Origin: an uncultured Bacteroidales bacterium
Lineage (GTDB): Bacteria; Hydrothermota; 32-111
Assembly (NCBI GenBank): GCA_964544145.1
Contig: CAZJAT010000009.1
Location: 5,001 to 69,000, forward strand
Length of the DNA: 64,000 bases
Direction of reading: 5' to 3'
In this document: one piece after another, positions 11,278-21,988 of the stretch
How positions within the stretch are numbered: position 1 is the first letter of the stretch
Layout of the letters: every line of letters begins with the position of its first letter
Notes under the pieces: generated by a model
What the model was told of the DNA's origin: nothing
The model's input: the letters and a program-made list of their open reading frames with translations, nothing else
Databases searched by the model: none
Translations under genes and position numbers: made by a program

Positions 11278-12134
11278 ATATTAATGAATTATATAATAAA
11301 TGCGCAATTTGTATAAATAATTGCAATGCAGACCGAAACATAATGAAAGGTAAATGTAATGCAGGAACTGAAATGATGATAGCATCAGCGACACTCCATT
11401 TTTCAGAAGAACCGTGTATTTCGGGCGATAGAGGTTCAGGAACAGTGTTTTTCTCACACTGTTCAATGCACTGTATTTACTGTCAGAATTATCCGATATC
11501 TCAAAATGGTGTGGGTAATATCTATTCCACAGAACAATTGGCTGACAAATTTATCAAATTGCAGAAAGATGGAGCACATAATATAAATCTCGTAACTCCT
11601 ACTCATTATATATTTCACATAATGGAATCCATTGATATAGCACGGAATAATGGTCTAATAATTCCAATTATATATAATACATCATCAATTGAAAATATTA
11701 ATATTGTAAACATGCTGGACGGCTACATTGATGTGTTCCTTGCTGACATCAGATATGCCAATGATGAGACAGCCTTAAAATATTCATCAATAGGTAATTA
11801 TACACAACAAGTTAGAAATAATCTGCTTATATTTCGGAAATTGAAACATGATAATTATGAGAATGGTATAATGACCAATGGACTTATAATAAGAATACTT
11901 GTATTGCCAGGCCTTCAATCAGAGGCAATTGATAATATCAATTACATTATGAAATATATAGGTGTCAACACAGTTTTATCGATTATGAGTCAATACTATC
12001 CTTATTACAGAACTGATGAATACCCGGAGCTTAACAGAACAATAAATGAAGATGAATATTTACAGGTTGTCGAGTATGCGGAACAATGCGGATTTTCAAA
12101 TATCTATACTCAGAATATAGAAGCGGAGGTATAA
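11274..12134 (+). CDS. Radical SAM protein, PflX-like
   Basis: CSMHCIYCQNYPIS (CxxxCxxC), GAHNINLVTPTH, MSQYYP. Confidence 0.85.
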   Translation: MNINELYNKCAICINNCNADRNIMKGKCNAGTEMMIASATLHFSEEPCISGDRGSGTVFFSHCSMHCIYCQNYPISQNGVGNIYSTEQLADKFIKLQKDGAHNINLVTPTHYIFHIMESIDIARNNGLIIPIIYNTSSIENINIVNMLDGYIDVFLADIRYANDETALKYSSIGNYTQQVRNNLLIFRKLKHDNYENGIMTNGLIIRILVLPGLQSEAIDNINYIMKYIGVNTVLSIMSQYYPYYRTDEYPELNRTINEDEYLQVVEYAEQCGFSNIYTQNIEAEV

Positions 12135-14909
12135 TTGTATATAGAAGTAATTCAAAACAAAAAACATTATGATTCACTGGGATATCTGATGTACAAGGAA
12201 TTGAAACAAATCTATCCCTCTATCAGCGGGGTTCGTACATCAAAGATATATTACTTTAAGAGTGAAATGAATACGGATTTCATTGAAAACCTGCTTATGG
12301 ACAGGATTACTGACCAGGTCAAAATCAATGATAGTGCAGAGTCAGAGTTTGACTATTCAATAGGAATTGAATATAAGCCTGGTGTAATGGACCCCGAAGC
12401 ACTAACATTAAGGGAGTATCTATCACTATCTCTTGATTATAATGATGAAGTAAAGATTATTCGCAGATTCTATTTTAATGACAGTAATGATAACAGAGCT
12501 AAAATTTCTGAATATATGAAAAATATTCACTACAATCCTCTTATAGAAACAATATCTGAGTCAATACATTTTATATCTGATAAAGAATCAGATGAATTCT
12601 TATTAAGAGAAATCAATCTAAATACGGATCTTGAAGCTCTGTCACAATCCATGACATTGTCATTAAATCCAAATGAGATGAATGTTATTAAAGAATATTT
12701 TGATAATATAGGAAGATCGCCAACTGATATTGAGCTTGAAACAATTGCCCAGACATGGTCTGAGCATTGTGTTCATAAAACATTTAAATCAGACATTGAT
12801 TATGATGGAAGAATCATTAAAAACCTGTTTAAATCAACAATAATGCACGCAACAGATGTGATCAATCATCCCGACGCCATATCTGTATTTTATGATAATG
12901 CGGGTATATGGAATTTTGATAATGACAGATGTATATGTTTCAAGGTTGAAACGCATAATCATCCGTCAGCGCTTGAACCATATGGCGGAGCCGGTACCGG
13001 GATAGGAGGAGTGATACGAGATGTTATCGGAACAGGACTTGGTTTTAAGCCCATTGCCAATACTGATGTATTCTGTGTAGGCGAGAATGATGACAACATA
13101 CCTGAAGGGACAATCAATCCCAGAAACGTATTGAAGGGCATTGTCAGTGGTGTAAGGGATTATGGCAACAGAATGGGTATTCCCACAGTTAACGGCGCTG
13201 TACATTTCCATCCGGATTTTGCAGGTAATCCGCTTGTTTATGCAGGTTCTCTTGGGATAGCCCGAAAAAAGAATGCATTTAAAAAAGTTATTGAAGGGGA
13301 TATGATTGTTCTTGTGGGAGGTAAAACAGGCAGAGACGGCATACATGGAGCCACATTCTCATCTGTGTCATTACACGATCAGTCACAAAAGGTCTCATCA
13401 GGAGCAGTTCAGATAGGTAATCCTATTGAAGAGAAACAGATGTTAGACGGTATATTGGAAGCTGACGGATTATATAATGCAATAACCGACTGCGGCGCAG
13501 GTGGTTTATCATCAGCTGTAGGAGAGATGGGAGAACACACAGGCGCTGAGGTTAATCTTGATAATGTGCCGCTCAAATACAATGGACTGACATATGATGA
13601 AATCTGGATTAGCGAATCACAGGAAAGGATGATCCTTGCTGTTCCCAGTAGAAATTATGACAGTATAAAGGAAATAATGAACAAACACGGTTCCAATATA
13701 TCACATATAGGCTATTTCAGAGGGAAAAACCTTTCTATTTACTACAGAGGAACAGAGGTCTGTTCTCTAAGTATGGATTTCCTGCACAATGGTGTACCGG
13801 GACAATTGAGAAAGGCTGAACATTATGTGTCACTTGAATCCTGTGAGGATAGAATTATTGACAAAGATCTTAATTCATTGGCAGAAGCAGTAATTTCAGA
13901 CAGAAATGTGGCAAGCAAGGAATGGATAATACGACAGTATGATTATGAGGTTATGGCTCAAACTATAATGAAACCTCTAACAGGCATTGAACAGGACTCA
14001 TGCAGCGATGCAGCAGTTCTAATGCCTCTTAATTCATCAAAGGCCATAGTAATCGGTAATGGTATAAATCCTCATTATGGTAGAATCAATCCAAAAAAAA
14101 TGACATATGCTGTTATAGATGAAGCTATGAGAAATATTCTTGCCCAAGGCGCTGATATGGAACACACTGCAATACTTGATAATTTTTCCTGGGGCGATGT
14201 AAATAATAATACCGGTTCACTCGGTGCACTTGTTGAATCAGCAGAAGCATGCAGGGATTATGCAATAAGACTGGGTACTCCCTTTATATCTGGTAAAGAC
14301 TCATTGAATAATTATTTTAAAATGAAAGATAATGTTATTGAGATTCCTCATACACTTCTGATTTCAGCTATCTCAGTAGCAGATATTCAACAGATCAGGG
14401 GCTCTTATTTCAAACATAAAGACAATCTCATCTATTTGCTTGGTAAACGCACTGCTCCCGAACTTTCAGGCTCTGTTCTTTATAGAGTAATGGATATGGC
14501 ATATCAGGGTATTATGCCTGATATTGACATTAATGAATCAGCAGTGATATTGGAAAAGATGAATATTATCAACAAAATGAGAATTGCTGAATCTGCCCAT
14601 GATATATCTGATGGCGGATTATTCGTTTCATTGATGGAAATGACATTCGGGTCCGGACTAGGTGCTGATATTGAAATTCATTCTGAATTGCCGGATTATC
14701 AGTATTTGTTTTCAGAGACACAGACACGTTTTATTATTGAGATTAAATCTGAGAATGCTGAAATATTTGAAAAAACTGCCGGTACATATTGTAAACGAAT
14801 AGGTTCTGTTACATCAAATAATAATGTAAATATCAATTATAACAACCATTTACACACATTTGATATAAAATGGTTCAAATCATTATGGAAGGGGAAAAAA
14901 GATGAGTAA
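12135..14909 (+). CDS. purL: Phosphoribosylformylglycinamidine synthase PurL with N-terminal PurS-like extension
   Basis: QTWSEHCVHKTF, KVETHNHPSALEP, DCGAGGLSS, ISGKDSL, HDISDGG; TTG start with GGAGGT RBS. Confidence 0.95.
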   Translation: MYIEVIQNKKHYDSLGYLMYKELKQIYPSISGVRTSKIYYFKSEMNTDFIENLLMDRITDQVKINDSAESEFDYSIGIEYKPGVMDPEALTLREYLSLSLDYNDEVKIIRRFYFNDSNDNRAKISEYMKNIHYNPLIETISESIHFISDKESDEFLLREINLNTDLEALSQSMTLSLNPNEMNVIKEYFDNIGRSPTDIELETIAQTWSEHCVHKTFKSDIDYDGRIIKNLFKSTIMHATDVINHPDAISVFYDNAGIWNFDNDRCICFKVETHNHPSALEPYGGAGTGIGGVIRDVIGTGLGFKPIANTDVFCVGENDDNIPEGTINPRNVLKGIVSGVRDYGNRMGIPTVNGAVHFHPDFAGNPLVYAGSLGIARKKNAFKKVIEGDMIVLVGGKTGRDGIHGATFSSVSLHDQSQKVSSGAVQIGNPIEEKQMLDGILEADGLYNAITDCGAGGLSSAVGEMGEHTGAEVNLDNVPLKYNGLTYDEIWISESQERMILAVPSRNYDSIKEIMNKHGSNISHIGYFRGKNLSIYYRGTEVCSLSMDFLHNGVPGQLRKAEHYVSLESCEDRIIDKDLNSLAEAVISDRNVASKEWIIRQYDYEVMAQTIMKPLTGIEQDSCSDAAVLMPLNSSKAIVIGNGINPHYGRINPKKMTYAVIDEAMRNILAQGADMEHTAILDNFSWGDVNNNTGSLGALVESAEACRDYAIRLGTPFISGKDSLNNYFKMKDNVIEIPHTLLISAISVADIQQIRGSYFKHKDNLIYLLGKRTAPELSGSVLYRVMDMAYQGIMPDIDINESAVILEKMNIINKMRIAESAHDISDGGLFVSLMEMTFGSGLGADIEIHSELPDYQYLFSETQTRFIIEIKSENAEIFEKTAGTYCKRIGSVTSNNNVNINYNNHLHTFDIKWFKSLWKGKKDE

Positions 14910-15657
14910 ATTTCTTTCTGCAGTAATAAAAGCTCATGGAAGCAATTGTGAAATTGAAACCAATAATATTCTTAATTCATGCGGATTCCATTCGGAGATA
15001 ATTCATATAAATGATCTCATATCTAAGAAAAAGAATATTCTGACCTATTCATTCATAGTGCTGCCGGGAGGGTTTTCCTATGGTGATTATACAGGAAGCG
15101 GTCGTATTGCTGCATCAGTGATATCTCATCATTTAATTAATGATTTCAAGACATTCATTGCAAATGGCAAATGTATACTCGGCATATGCAATGGTTTTCA
15201 AATACTTGTGAAATCAGGTATATTACCTAATATTAATGGCGATTACAATCAAAATGTATCCCTAATATTCAATGATTCTCATCAATATGAAGATAGATGG
15301 GTAAGGGTGAAAGTGAGGGATAATTCAATATTCACCAGAGACATTGATGAAATTATGGAATTGCCCATAGCTCATGCAGAAGGTAAATTTGTATTTGATT
15401 CGGATGATATGGAACCATATATTGTCATGCAATATGTTAACAGTAAAGGGGCAATTGATGATACATTCCCCATAAACCCTAATGGCTCAAAAGAGAACAT
15501 AGCTGCTATAACAGATTCAACCGGGCGTATATTGGGTATGATGCCCCATCCGGAGCGTTTCTATACAAATGAATTGCATTACTCCGGTTCCAATAATGGT
15601 ATCACCGGAAGGGTGATATTTGATAATGCATATAAATATATAAAGGAGGAATTATGA
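14902..15657 (+). CDS. purQ: FGAM synthase glutamine amidotransferase subunit
   Basis: LPGGFSYGD, GICNGFQ, AHAEG, GMMPHPER. Confidence 0.95.
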   Translation: MSKFLSAVIKAHGSNCEIETNNILNSCGFHSEIIHINDLISKKKNILTYSFIVLPGGFSYGDYTGSGRIAASVISHHLINDFKTFIANGKCILGICNGFQILVKSGILPNINGDYNQNVSLIFNDSHQYEDRWVRVKVRDNSIFTRDIDEIMELPIAHAEGKFVFDSDDMEPYIVMQYVNSKGAIDDTFPINPNGSKENIAAITDSTGRILGMMPHPERFYTNELHYSGSNNGITGRVIFDNAYKYIKEEL

Positions 15658-17027
15658 TTTCAAAGAATATATTCAGAATGTATGATATAAGGGGCATTGC
15701 AGATACTGACCTTAGTGATGAAAATGTCTATCTCATTGGAAAAGCATTTGCTACATATATTAAACGAAAGGGAGGAAAATGTGTTGCTGCAGGCATGGAT
15801 GTAAGATTATCAAGTAAACGCATAAAAGGTGCATTTGTAAGAGGTATTCTTGATTGCGGGATTGATGTTGTAGATATAGGCGGATGCACAACACCTATGC
15901 TGTATTATGCTCAGTATCTCCTAAAAACAGATGGCGGTATAATGGTTACTGGTTCCCACAATCCGATTGAATACAATGGCCTTAAAATGGTTGACCCTGA
16001 TGTCAGTATATATGGAGAAGTAATAGAAAATTTCTATAAAATGATAATAGAGAATGATTTTGAATCAGGTAAAGGCAGGTTTGAAGAAAATAATATTGAG
16101 AATAATTATATAGACATGTGCGTTTCAAAGATTAATATGGGGAAAAGCCTTAACATAATGGTTGACCCCGGCAATGGCACTGCAGGGCCTATTGCAGAAC
16201 GCATATTCAGTAAATTACACATTAAAGCGGACTTTATCAATAAGGAACCTGATGGTACATTCCCTAATCATTTGCCGGATCCCACTGTAATGGAATATAT
16301 TACAGAATTAAGAGATAAAACTGCAGCAGGCAATTATGACATGGGTATAGGATATGATGGCGATTGTGACCGCATTGGACTGCTTGATGAAAAGGGTAAT
16401 GTAATTTTCGGTGATCAGATATTGGGTCTGCTTGCACATGACCTCCTTATAAGAAAACCGGGAGAGAAAATTGTATTTGATGTAAAGTGTTCACAGGGTC
16501 TTGAAGAGATGATTTCCGAAATGAAAGGGATCCCCATCATGTATAAAACAGGGCATTCGATCTTAAAGAGAAAAATGAAAGAGGAAAATGCACTTCTTGC
16601 AGGGGAAATGAGCGGACACATGTTCTTTAATGAGAATTACTTCGGATTTGATGACGGACTTTTCGCATCATTGCTCATCATGCAAATAGTATCTAACAGT
16701 AATAAACCTCTTTCTGAACTGAAAAAGGTTATGCCTTATTACAAATCAACCCCCGAAATAAGGGTTGAATGTACAGATGAGGATAAATTCAGGATTGTAG
16801 AGCAGGTTGTGAGTCATTATAGAAATGAGGGAAACCGATTGATTGATATTGATGGTGCCCGTGTTTATTTTGAGAATGGCTGGGCACTTGTAAGAGCTTC
16901 TAATACACAGCCTATTCTTGTTGTCAGGGTTGAAGCCAAAACAGAAACAGATATGAATATGATAAAAGAAGAGATAAAGAATCATTTAAGTAAATACCCG
17001 CAGGTTAAGATTGATTCAATCAAGTAA
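15654..17027 (+). CDS. Phosphomannomutase/phosphoglucomutase
   Basis: FRMYDIRG, TGSHNP, DGDCDR, GEMSGH, RASNTQP. Confidence 0.93.
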   Translation: MISKNIFRMYDIRGIADTDLSDENVYLIGKAFATYIKRKGGKCVAAGMDVRLSSKRIKGAFVRGILDCGIDVVDIGGCTTPMLYYAQYLLKTDGGIMVTGSHNPIEYNGLKMVDPDVSIYGEVIENFYKMIIENDFESGKGRFEENNIENNYIDMCVSKINMGKSLNIMVDPGNGTAGPIAERIFSKLHIKADFINKEPDGTFPNHLPDPTVMEYITELRDKTAAGNYDMGIGYDGDCDRIGLLDEKGNVIFGDQILGLLAHDLLIRKPGEKIVFDVKCSQGLEEMISEMKGIPIMYKTGHSILKRKMKEENALLAGEMSGHMFFNENYFGFDDGLFASLLIMQIVSNSNKPLSELKKVMPYYKSTPEIRVECTDEDKFRIVEQVVSHYRNEGNRLIDIDGARVYFENGWALVRASNTQPILVVRVEAKTETDMNMIKEEIKNHLSKYPQVKIDSIK

Positions 17028-17469
17028 GTATATCGGTATTATCGGTGCATCACAAATTGATAACTGCCTATATGAAGAATGTGTAAGAATGGGAAAGGCA
17101 ATTTCAAAATACAATATACCGATAATATGCGGGGGAGGCAGCGGCGTTATGGAAGCTGTCAGCAGAGGGGTTAAAGATGGTAATGGAATCACACTGGGTT
17201 TGCTTCCTGACAGTAAAAATGACGCAAATCCATATATTGATTTTCCCATAGGAACCGGTATCGGCCTTTCAAGGAATCTAATGATTATTCAAAATGCAGA
17301 TGTATTAGTGGTAATCAATGGCTCCTATGGAACATTGTCTGAGATCGCATATGCAAAACAGCTTGGCAAACCAATGATTGCATATAAATCGCAATGGTCT
17401 GACAAAATAGGTATTGATTGGGCAGATAATATTGAGGGAATACTGCTCTTTCTGGACAAGTATATATGA
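17011..17469 (+). CDS. LOG-family (TIGR00725-like) nucleotide-binding protein
   Basis: GGGSGVMEA, GLLP, GSYGTLSEIAYA. Confidence 0.85.
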   Translation: MIQSSKYIGIIGASQIDNCLYEECVRMGKAISKYNIPIICGGGSGVMEAVSRGVKDGNGITLGLLPDSKNDANPYIDFPIGTGIGLSRNLMIIQNADVLVVINGSYGTLSEIAYAKQLGKPMIAYKSQWSDKIGIDWADNIEGILLFLDKYI

Positions 17470-17735
17470 AACATGCAATAATAACTGTGCGCGGTTATGT
17501 GCAGGGAGTGGGTTTCAGATACTTTGTGATGAATAGTGCTAAAAAAAATAATATTAATGGATATGTAATGAATCTTTCCAATGGCAATGTGCTTATAGAG
17601 GCTGAAGGAGATATTTGTAATCTTGAAACATTTATTGATGTTATTAATTCAGGCCCTATTTCAGCTGATGTATCGGATATCATTATTGAATACAGCAATA
17701 TTGAAAACTATAGCGAATTCAGCATTAAACACTAA
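17466..17735 (+). CDS. acyP: Acylphosphatase
   Basis: GYVQGVGFRY and GYVMNLSNGNVLIEAEG. Confidence 0.92.
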   Translation: MKHAIITVRGYVQGVGFRYFVMNSAKKNNINGYVMNLSNGNVLIEAEGDICNLETFIDVINSGPISADVSDIIIEYSNIENYSEFSIKH

Positions 17736-17794
17736 TATATATTTCAGCTAATCATTCCAATTGTGTAATTTGCCTGGATCGAATTCAAGGTCTA

Positions 17795-17822
17795 TTGACA
17801 GCATTCACACACATATTATAAT
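17795..17822 (+). promoter_or_regulatory. sigma70 promoter for the secreted-protein + Mbx operon
   Basis: TTGACA (17795-17800), 16 nt, TATAAT (17817-17822), just upstream of ATG 17831. Confidence 0.75.
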
Positions 17823-17830
17823 TTTTAAAT

Positions 17831-19624
17831 ATGTTAAAGATAATCCTTAGCCTAATTGTTTTTGCAATCACTCTTTTTATAATTGCTGATATGCAAATTG
17901 ATGAACCCTTATTACAGGGTCAGGCGCTTCAGAACATTGACAGCACAAATGTGCTTACTGTTACTGCTCAATACAATCCATATATGGATAATATCAGTCA
18001 TTATTATAATATGACAATAAAAGGAGCACTTAATACTGAAGAATACCTATTTATATGGAATGATTTTAATTTACTATATATATATACATCTGATGATATT
18101 ATCAATCCAATATTCACAGTAAATACATTAGATGCCATAAAAGAAGTATTCTATGACAATAACATACTTCTTATACAGACATATTCTAAAACATCATTCT
18201 ACATACTATCTGATACGGTTCTCAGTTCTGTAAGATTTCCTTATAATTGTAATATTATTGATGCAGCATTCTCTAATAACACTGTATGCGCAATAATTGA
18301 TCATGGACGTGCTTTAGCACATTTTACCATAGACACTATTGCTGTAACAATTAATGATACACTTGAACTGAATGGCATAAATGACATTTATTTCAACAAT
18401 TACAGGATACTATGCACAGTAAATGATTCATTATTCCGCCATTATATTGTAAATGACACAACATTTATTCTTTATAATGAAGATGTGGATTACCGGGGTA
18501 TAAAAGGCACAATAAAATCGGAGGGTCTGTTCTATTCATATTCTGATAATTTCATTTATATTTTTGCAAATGACTTTGTTTTTGAAAGACAATGTCTTGA
18601 TTCAATATCAATCTCTGAGAGGGTAATTGATATTGATTATTATGATAATAATCTTCACATATTGTTTGCATGTGAAGAATGGATATCATCTTCAGGGAAT
18701 ATATTCTCCATAACTGATACATTACATATATCTGACAGAATAAGCCGCATATTCCCTTCAAATGACGGATATTTTTTATGGACCGATAATGGATTAAAGG
18801 AATGCAGAGTGGCTGATGGAAGTATTATTATGATTGATTCAGATTTATATCCTCTGAATGTCATTGGTGATTTCATCATGGGTTCTGATTCTATTATGTA
18901 TTATTCCCTGAATGACACAATCGCATCATTTAATCCTTCTATATTGCCAGTATACGCTCAATTGCACAATAATAGGGTAATATATTCAGATAAGGATTAT
19001 AATGTATATATCAATGATTCATTATTATTTTCATTTACATACCCTGTACTCGGTTTATGTCTCAGAAACAATGATTTTATATTGGCAAACGGTTATTATG
19101 GCATACATTCAAGTACATTTAGCGGTCAGGTGACAAATGCATTCATGACTGGCGTGTTTGCCACTCAGGCAGATACATTCTATAATAATATTATACTGTG
19201 TTTTGAATCGGCATTGATACTTACAGACAGTAATTTTAATATACTTTCCTCATATGATATATCCGTGAAGGACTATTTTCCCACTGACTCAATGATATAT
19301 TTTATGGATGATAATAGAATTGTATCAGTAAATGACACAATAAAGCTTATGCTTATATCAAATAGTTATTCACAATTCAAATGCATGAATATGAGAAATT
19401 CTGACGGGGCTATACTATGTAGAGATGATGCATTACTCACCATTCACTATAACAACACTGGTGAATACATACGCAATGCTCCAAATATTGATAAAATCAG
19501 TACAGGTGAATACATTCTATATGACATTATGGGCAGGAAATTATCAGCAAATAATAAAAATCTGAATGGCATTTATTTTCTTACAGATGAAATAGATTAT
19601 AAGAAAATAATTATCATTAAGTAA
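17831..19624 (+). CDS. Secreted beta-rich hypothetical protein with T9SS/Por-like C-terminal sorting domain
   Basis: N-terminal signal peptide; C-terminus YDIMGRKL...NGIYFL...KKIIIIK matches the T9SS type A CTD pattern. Confidence 0.6.
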   Translation: MLKIILSLIVFAITLFIIADMQIDEPLLQGQALQNIDSTNVLTVTAQYNPYMDNISHYYNMTIKGALNTEEYLFIWNDFNLLYIYTSDDIINPIFTVNTLDAIKEVFYDNNILLIQTYSKTSFYILSDTVLSSVRFPYNCNIIDAAFSNNTVCAIIDHGRALAHFTIDTIAVTINDTLELNGINDIYFNNYRILCTVNDSLFRHYIVNDTTFILYNEDVDYRGIKGTIKSEGLFYSYSDNFIYIFANDFVFERQCLDSISISERVIDIDYYDNNLHILFACEEWISSSGNIFSITDTLHISDRISRIFPSNDGYFLWTDNGLKECRVADGSIIMIDSDLYPLNVIGDFIMGSDSIMYYSLNDTIASFNPSILPVYAQLHNNRVIYSDKDYNVYINDSLLFSFTYPVLGLCLRNNDFILANGYYGIHSSTFSGQVTNAFMTGVFATQADTFYNNIILCFESALILTDSNFNILSSYDISVKDYFPTDSMIYFMDDNRIVSVNDTIKLMLISNSYSQFKCMNMRNSDGAILCRDDALLTIHYNNTGEYIRNAPNIDKISTGEYILYDIMGRKLSANNKNLNGIYFLTDEIDYKKIIIIK

Positions 19625-19634
19625 CGAGGTGTTT

Positions 19635-20132
19635 ATGTCAAAGCTTAGAAAATTGCTTGCTTTTATCTTCTATTCTTTTTTACTCTTCATTGTTTATGTT
19701 ATGATGATATTTCCATCAACAGGATATGACTATATTGTTGGAGCAATTATATCATCTGCCATAATGTTTATATCATTAAAAACAGCAGGCAATATATCAT
19801 TACGCTATTTTTCATTGAGAAATATCATATGGATTCTTGCATATCTTCCATATCTATTTTATAAGATTATTCAGGCTAATCTGGATGTTGCATTGAGGGT
19901 ATTGAATCCTAAATTGCCTATCAATCCCGGATTTATAAAGGTTAATTGCGATTCCAAGGATAATTTAGTAAAGCTGATGCTTGCTAACTCAATCACACTG
20001 ACACCCGGGACCCTCTCCTGTGAGATAAAGGAAGATTATCTTATTGTCCACACAATTGATGAGTCAGCATATAAAGACAGAGAAAAAGTTAAGTCAAATT
20101 TCATGCATTATCTCAAGGAGATTGAAGAATGA
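19635..20132 (+). CDS. Mrp/Mbx subunit E-like (MnhE/MbxA)
   Basis: LPINPGF and LANSITLTPGTL. ATG at 19635 has a GAGGTG RBS. Confidence 0.9.
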   Translation: MSKLRKLLAFIFYSFLLFIVYVMMIFPSTGYDYIVGAIISSAIMFISLKTAGNISLRYFSLRNIIWILAYLPYLFYKIIQANLDVALRVLNPKLPINPGFIKVNCDSKDNLVKLMLANSITLTPGTLSCEIKEDYLIVHTIDESAYKDREKVKSNFMHYLKEIEE

Positions 20133-20389
20133 ACATTATATTAATTATCTCAGGAATATTAATAGCTGCTGCAGTATTATTATCATTTATACGCTTTATA
20201 ATCGGTCCTACTGTATATGACCGAATAGCAGCGCTGGATGTTCTGACACTTATTACAACTGTTGTAATAATTGTACTGTCTATTATGTATAAACAGAAAA
20301 TATTTATGGATGCGGCAATTGTTTATTCTATACTATCCTTTATAGGCGTTGTTGCATTTGCAAGATTTATGGAGCGGAAAAATGATTAA
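20129..20389 (+). CDS. MnhF/MbxB subunit
   Basis: GPTVYDRIAALDVL; three TM helices. Confidence 0.88.
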   Translation: MNIILIISGILIAAAVLLSFIRFIIGPTVYDRIAALDVLTLITTVVIIVLSIMYKQKIFMDAAIVYSILSFIGVVAFARFMERKND

Positions 20390-20699
20390 TCAATATATTG
20401 GAGCAATACTATTTCTTATAGGTTCAATATTCCTCTTTCTCGGAGCTCTGGGACTTATAAGAATGCCTGACATATTTAACCGTCTGCAGGCCGGTACAAA
20501 AGCAACTACACTTGGTATAATGTTTACTGTTATAGGCGCAGGTATATATTATCCGGACATTATGCTGAAAGCAATACTGATTGTCCTGTTCATTTTGATG
20601 ACTAATCCTGTATCATCAAGCACTCTTTCGCGCAGTGCATATAAAAGCGGTATAAAATATTATGAAAAAACCATAAATGAGGTGAAAGACCTATGTTAG
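20382..20699 (+). CDS. MnhG/MbxC subunit
   Basis: GLIRMPDIFNRLQAGTKATTLG. Confidence 0.9.
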   Translation: MINQYIGAILFLIGSIFLFLGALGLIRMPDIFNRLQAGTKATTLGIMFTVIGAGIYYPDIMLKAILIVLFILMTNPVSSSTLSRSAYKSGIKYYEKTINEVKDLC

Positions 20700-20938
20700 A
20701 AATTATTATTACTGGAATTTTAACATTGCTTTCCCTGGGAACATTGATATTTATTTTTATCACCAGGAGTATTATCAATGCAGCCATAGGTTCGGCATTG
20801 ATATCCCTTTTCATTTCCATAATGTTTCTGATTATGAAAGCCCCTGATGTGGCAATGACTGAAGCTTCCATAGGCGCTGCCATAAGCGGGGCCATACTTA
20901 TAGGAATAATTATGAAAATACGCAAGGAGGACAGATGA
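20693..20938 (+). CDS. MbxD subunit (DUF4040-like)
   Basis: KAPDVAMTEASIGA. Confidence 0.85.
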   Translation: MLEIIITGILTLLSLGTLIFIFITRSIINAAIGSALISLFISIMFLIMKAPDVAMTEASIGAAISGAILIGIIMKIRKEDR

Positions 20939-21624
20939 GAAAATTATTTATATTGGCAGTATTTGCATTCCTTGCTGTATCACTTATTATATTTTTCTAT
21001 CAGATAAATATAAATACTTCCGGGGTAAACGCTGAAACAGCATCCTACTATTTGACACATAATGCTGAAGATTTCAATATCCCCAATGTTGTTACATCAA
21101 TAGTCACTCAATACAGAGGATATGATACCATAGGTGAGATAACAGTGCTCTTTCTGGCAATTATAGGTGTTTATATGCTTGTGACTGCAAGCGGACTGAA
21201 GAGCATTGACAAATTACTTAACAAACCCGGTTATATTGTCAATATTGCATCCACAATATTGTTTCCTCTGATCATGTTAATTGGAGCTTATATAATTGTC
21301 AATGGGCATCTCTCGCCGGGCGGCGGATTCCAGGGCGGAGCAGTCATAGGTTCAGGCATGATACTAATGATGCTGTCAGGCAATATTAAAGAACTGAATA
21401 AAACAGCCACACATATCACAGAATCTCTTTCTGTTACGATTATAATGCTTATTGGACTTTTAGGGATATACTATTTCAATGCATTCCTTGCAAACATAAT
21501 AGGTGACATGGGTATTTTTGGAAACATATTGTCAGGTGGAATAATCCCAATTATATATGCTTTGATAGGAATTAAAGTAGCTGTGGAATTCTTTCATTTA
21601 AGCGAATACCTTCTAAGGAGTTAA
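20935..21624 (+). CDS. MnhB/MbxE-F subunit
   Basis: PNVVTSIVTQYRGYDTIGE and GHLSPGGGFQGG. Confidence 0.9.
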   Translation: MRKLFILAVFAFLAVSLIIFFYQININTSGVNAETASYYLTHNAEDFNIPNVVTSIVTQYRGYDTIGEITVLFLAIIGVYMLVTASGLKSIDKLLNKPGYIVNIASTILFPLIMLIGAYIIVNGHLSPGGGFQGGAVIGSGMILMMLSGNIKELNKTATHITESLSVTIIMLIGLLGIYYFNAFLANIIGDMGIFGNILSGGIIPIIYALIGIKVAVEFFHLSEYLLRS

Positions 21625-21625
21625 T

Positions 21626-21988
21626 ATGGAAAATATATTAAACATACTCTTTTATACAAATGGTGCATTACTTCTTATAGGAGGTATTATAATCGCGCTA
21701 ATTTCAAGGAATTTAATAAAGATGATTATTGGATTTGTTGTTGCTGAAACAGGGATTAATATTCTGCTTATAAGTATTGGTTATTCATATAATAAGTTAC
21801 CGCCTATTCTAAATGCTTTTCAACAGAAGAGCGGGGCGTCAATTGCTGTTGACCCGGTACCTCAGGCACTGGTACTCACATCAATTGTCATAGGTATTGC
21901 AACAACTGCATTATTTCTGTTTTATGTACTCAGGTTTTATAAAAAACATGGAACATTGAATAGAGATGCCGGAGGTGAGAATGATTAA
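21626..21988 (+). CDS. MnhC/MbxG subunit
   Basis: VDPVPQALVLTSIVIG. Confidence 0.9.
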   Translation: MENILNILFYTNGALLLIGGIIIALISRNLIKMIIGFVVAETGINILLISIGYSYNKLPPILNAFQQKSGASIAVDPVPQALVLTSIVIGIATTALFLFYVLRFYKKHGTLNRDAGGEND

